Assembly (NCBI GenBank): GCA_031553635.1
Contig: JAVBLH010000019.1
Span: 2,639-66,638 of the forward strand
DNA: 64,000 nucleotides
Origin: Evtepia sp.
GTDB taxonomy: Bacteria; Bacillota; Clostridia; Oscillospirales; Oscillospiraceae
Direction of reading: 5' to 3'
Both the position numbers and the translations under genes were made by a program. Positions 62,088 to 64,000 of this stretch are shown here, piece after piece. The notes below the pieces were generated by a model. The model saw nothing but the letters and a program-made list of their open reading frames with translations, made no database searches and was not told where the DNA came from. The stretch's first letter is position 1. Every line of letters begins with the position of its first letter.

Positions 62088-63434
62088 ATGGCAGAAATCA
62101 TCGGCATTCGCTTCAAACGCGAAGGCAAGCAGTATTACTTCGACCCCCAGGGCCTCACGGTAAAGCCCGGCATGGGGGTGATTTTAGAGACCTCCTGGGG
62201 CATAGAATACGCCGAATGCGTCAAGGGCAACACCCAGATTCCTGATAAGGAGCTGGTGGCCCCCCTGCGGCCCATCCTGCGCATCGCCACCCCCGAGGAT
62301 GAGGAAACCGTCCGGCGCAACCGGGAAAAAGAGGCCGAGACCTTCCGGGTCTGCCAGGAAAAAATCAACGAGCACCAGCTGGAAATGAAGCTGGTGGAGG
62401 TGGAATACAGCTTCGAGGGCAATAAAATCCTCTTCTTCTTCACCTCCGAGGGCCGGGTGGATTTTCGCGGCCTGGTAAAAGACCTGGCCGCCATCTTCCA
62501 CACCCGCATCGAGCTGCGGCAGATCGGCGTCCGGGACGAGGCCAAGATGTTAGGGGGCCTGGGCATCTGCGGCAGACCCTTCTGCTGCGCGTCCTTTTTG
62601 CGAGACTTCCAGCCCGTGTCCATCAAAATGGCCAAGACCCAGAACCTGTCCCTAAACCCCACCAAAATCTCCGGGACCTGCGGGCGGCTGATGTGCTGCC
62701 TGAAATACGAGCAGGACGCCTACGAGGACCTCCTAAAGCACGCCCCCAAGGTAGACTCCTTCGTGGAAACCCCCGACGGGGTGGGCACCATCACCAGCGT
62801 CAACACCTTGCGGGAAAAAGTTCGGGTAAGGCTGGACAACGCCCCCGACACCCTGAAAATCTACCACAACACGGAAATCCGCGTCATCTCCGTGGGTAAG
62901 GGCAAGCGGCCCGAGGGTTATATTCCCCCCTCCGCCGAGGAGCTCTCCAAGCTGCGCCGGGTGAAGGAGGAAGTGGTGGCCGAGGCCAATCGCCCCGATG
63001 CAGGCCTGCTCTCCGGGACTCTGCGCCGCCAGCTCCTGGGGGCCGCGCCCCACTTAGAGGAGGCCCCCGAGGCCCCCATCCCCGCAGCGCCCCCCGCCCA
63101 TAAGGACGAGGCCCAGCGCCGCAGGAACCAGAACCGCAGCCGCAACAACAGAGGCCGCGGCGGCGAGGGCAATAAGGCCCACAGCAAGGCCGAGACCCCC
63201 ACCCCGCCCCCCGGCGTGCCCCACCAGGACCCCCGCCGTGGCAAGCGGGGCCCGGCCCTACCGGAGGGGGACAAGCGGGAAAAGCCCCTGCCCAAGGAAA
63301 AGCAGCCCGCCCCCAAGGAAAAAACCCATCCCCCCGCCGCCGCCCCGGAAGCAGGGGGAGAAAAGAAGGTACGGGGCCCCTACTGGCGCAGACGTCCCGC
63401 CAAGAAGCGCAAAGAGGGCGGAGCAGGGCAATAA
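62088..63434 (+). CDS. ricT: PSP1-domain protein (YaaT/RicT) with low-complexity C-tail
   Basis: IGIRFK..GKQYYF, RVDFRGLVKDLA, RQIGVRDEA, GICGRPFCC, ISGTCGRLMCCLKYE; follows holB. Confidence 0.88.
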   Translation: MAEIIGIRFKREGKQYYFDPQGLTVKPGMGVILETSWGIEYAECVKGNTQIPDKELVAPLRPILRIATPEDEETVRRNREKEAETFRVCQEKINEHQLEMKLVEVEYSFEGNKILFFFTSEGRVDFRGLVKDLAAIFHTRIELRQIGVRDEAKMLGGLGICGRPFCCASFLRDFQPVSIKMAKTQNLSLNPTKISGTCGRLMCCLKYEQDAYEDLLKHAPKVDSFVETPDGVGTITSVNTLREKVRVRLDNAPDTLKIYHNTEIRVISVGKGKRPEGYIPPSAEELSKLRRVKEEVVAEANRPDAGLLSGTLRRQLLGAAPHLEEAPEAPIPAAPPAHKDEAQRRRNQNRSRNNRGRGGEGNKAHSKAETPTPPPGVPHQDPRRGKRGPALPEGDKREKPLPKEKQPAPKEKTHPPAAAPEAGGEKKVRGPYWRRRPAKKRKEGGAGQ

Positions 63435-63586
63435 GGCAGGCCGCAGAGGGTGACCGGGGAAAGTCGCAGACTTTTGCCGGGCAGGCCCTCCACAGAGGGG
63501 AATTTGGGTGCTAGATTGTGGAAGCGTTCACCGTTCCCTCGTCCAATTCCCCTCCGTGGAGGGGTGGCACGAAGTGACGGGGTGGT
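63426..63586 (+). repeat. F2/F1 chimera (5' part of F2 fused into an F1 hairpin)
   Basis: GGGCAATAAGGCAG..GCCGGGCAG directly joined to CCCTCCACAGAGGGGAATT-spacer-B. Confidence 0.8.
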
Positions 63587-63647
63587 GTCCTTCAACACAC
63601 GAAAAGCCCCAAGAAAAGGGCATCTACCAGCCCCCAACCACAGCATA

Positions 63648-63684
63648 TAGAGGAGGAGCAGCTCACCTGCCCCTCCTCTTTTTT
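63648..63684 (+). terminator. Intrinsic terminator
   Basis: AGAGGAGG..CAG-CTCAC-CTG..CCTCCTCT followed by a T-run. Confidence 0.6.
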
Positions 63685-63787
63685 GTCAAATTGTCACGAA
63701 ATTCTCCTTTTTCCGACATTTCCGTCTTGAAAAAAAGGGCACCCTCATGTAAAATGAAACATCGGGAACGAGAGGGGACGGTGCTGC

Positions 63788-64000
63788 ATGGAGCTTCTAA
63801 AGGCGCGCATCCAAAAGGACGGGCAGGTCCGGGGAACAGACGTATTAAAGGTGGACAGTTTTCTCAACCACCAGATGGACGTGGCCTTTCTTTCGGAATT
63901 GGGCCGGGAGTTTCACCGCCGCTTCCAAGACGCGGGCATCACCAAAATCCTCACCATCGAGGCCTCGGGCATAGGCATCGCCTGCCTCACCGCCCAGTTT
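63788..64000 (+). CDS. xpt: Xanthine phosphoribosyltransferase, 5' part
   Basis: Manual translation MELLKARIQKDG..VLKVDSFLNHQMD..KILTIEASGIGIA. Confidence 0.93.
   Translation, partial: MELLKARIQKDGQVRGTDVLKVDSFLNHQMDVAFLSELGREFHRRFQDAGITKILTIEASGIGIACLTAQF

Noticed and set aside
63600-63787. Purine riboswitch upstream of xpt
   Set aside because: No purine aptamer motifs; a TTGAAA-17-TAAAAT promoter lies ~35 nt from the ATG, leaving no room.

Overview
Replication-origin region of a GC-rich Clostridia-type (probably Oscillospiraceae-like) chromosome. It carries dnaA-dnaN-yaaA-recF-remB-gyrB-gyrA-rnhA (minus), rpmH-rnpA-yidD-yidC-jag (plus), oriC between dnaA and dnaN, noc-parA-parB with two perfect parS sites, four aminoacyl-tRNA synthetases (proS, aspS, hisS, serS), typA, mgtE, ftsH, lexA, rlmB, a TPP riboswitch-cytX unit and two S-layer-homology proteins. 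The most unusual feature is the intergenic DNA. A hairpin repeat family (F1: two distinguishable ~40-bp arms, A and B, each with a CCCCTCC-N2/3-GGAGGGG palindrome) occurs at 22 loci in 64 kb, including inside oriC and most dnaA-operon junctions. The repeats show signs of rearrangement: a 97-bp cassette is present in opposite orientations at two loci with co-linear flanks, spacers occur in both orientations between the arms, only arm A is tandemly amplified, and a 53-bp hairpin module is nested in some copies. One AT-rich DUF559 (Vsr-like PD-(D/E)XK) endonuclease gene lies in the same B-end/A-start slot as the invertible cassette. This suggests, by inference only, an autonomous/non-autonomous repeat-nuclease system analogous to RAYT/REPIN. 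A second 83-bp family (F2) sits in both the dnaA and rpmH leaders. No tRNA, rRNA, CRISPR or recognisable transposase was found. All product calls come from motif recognition by eye; no database searches were run.
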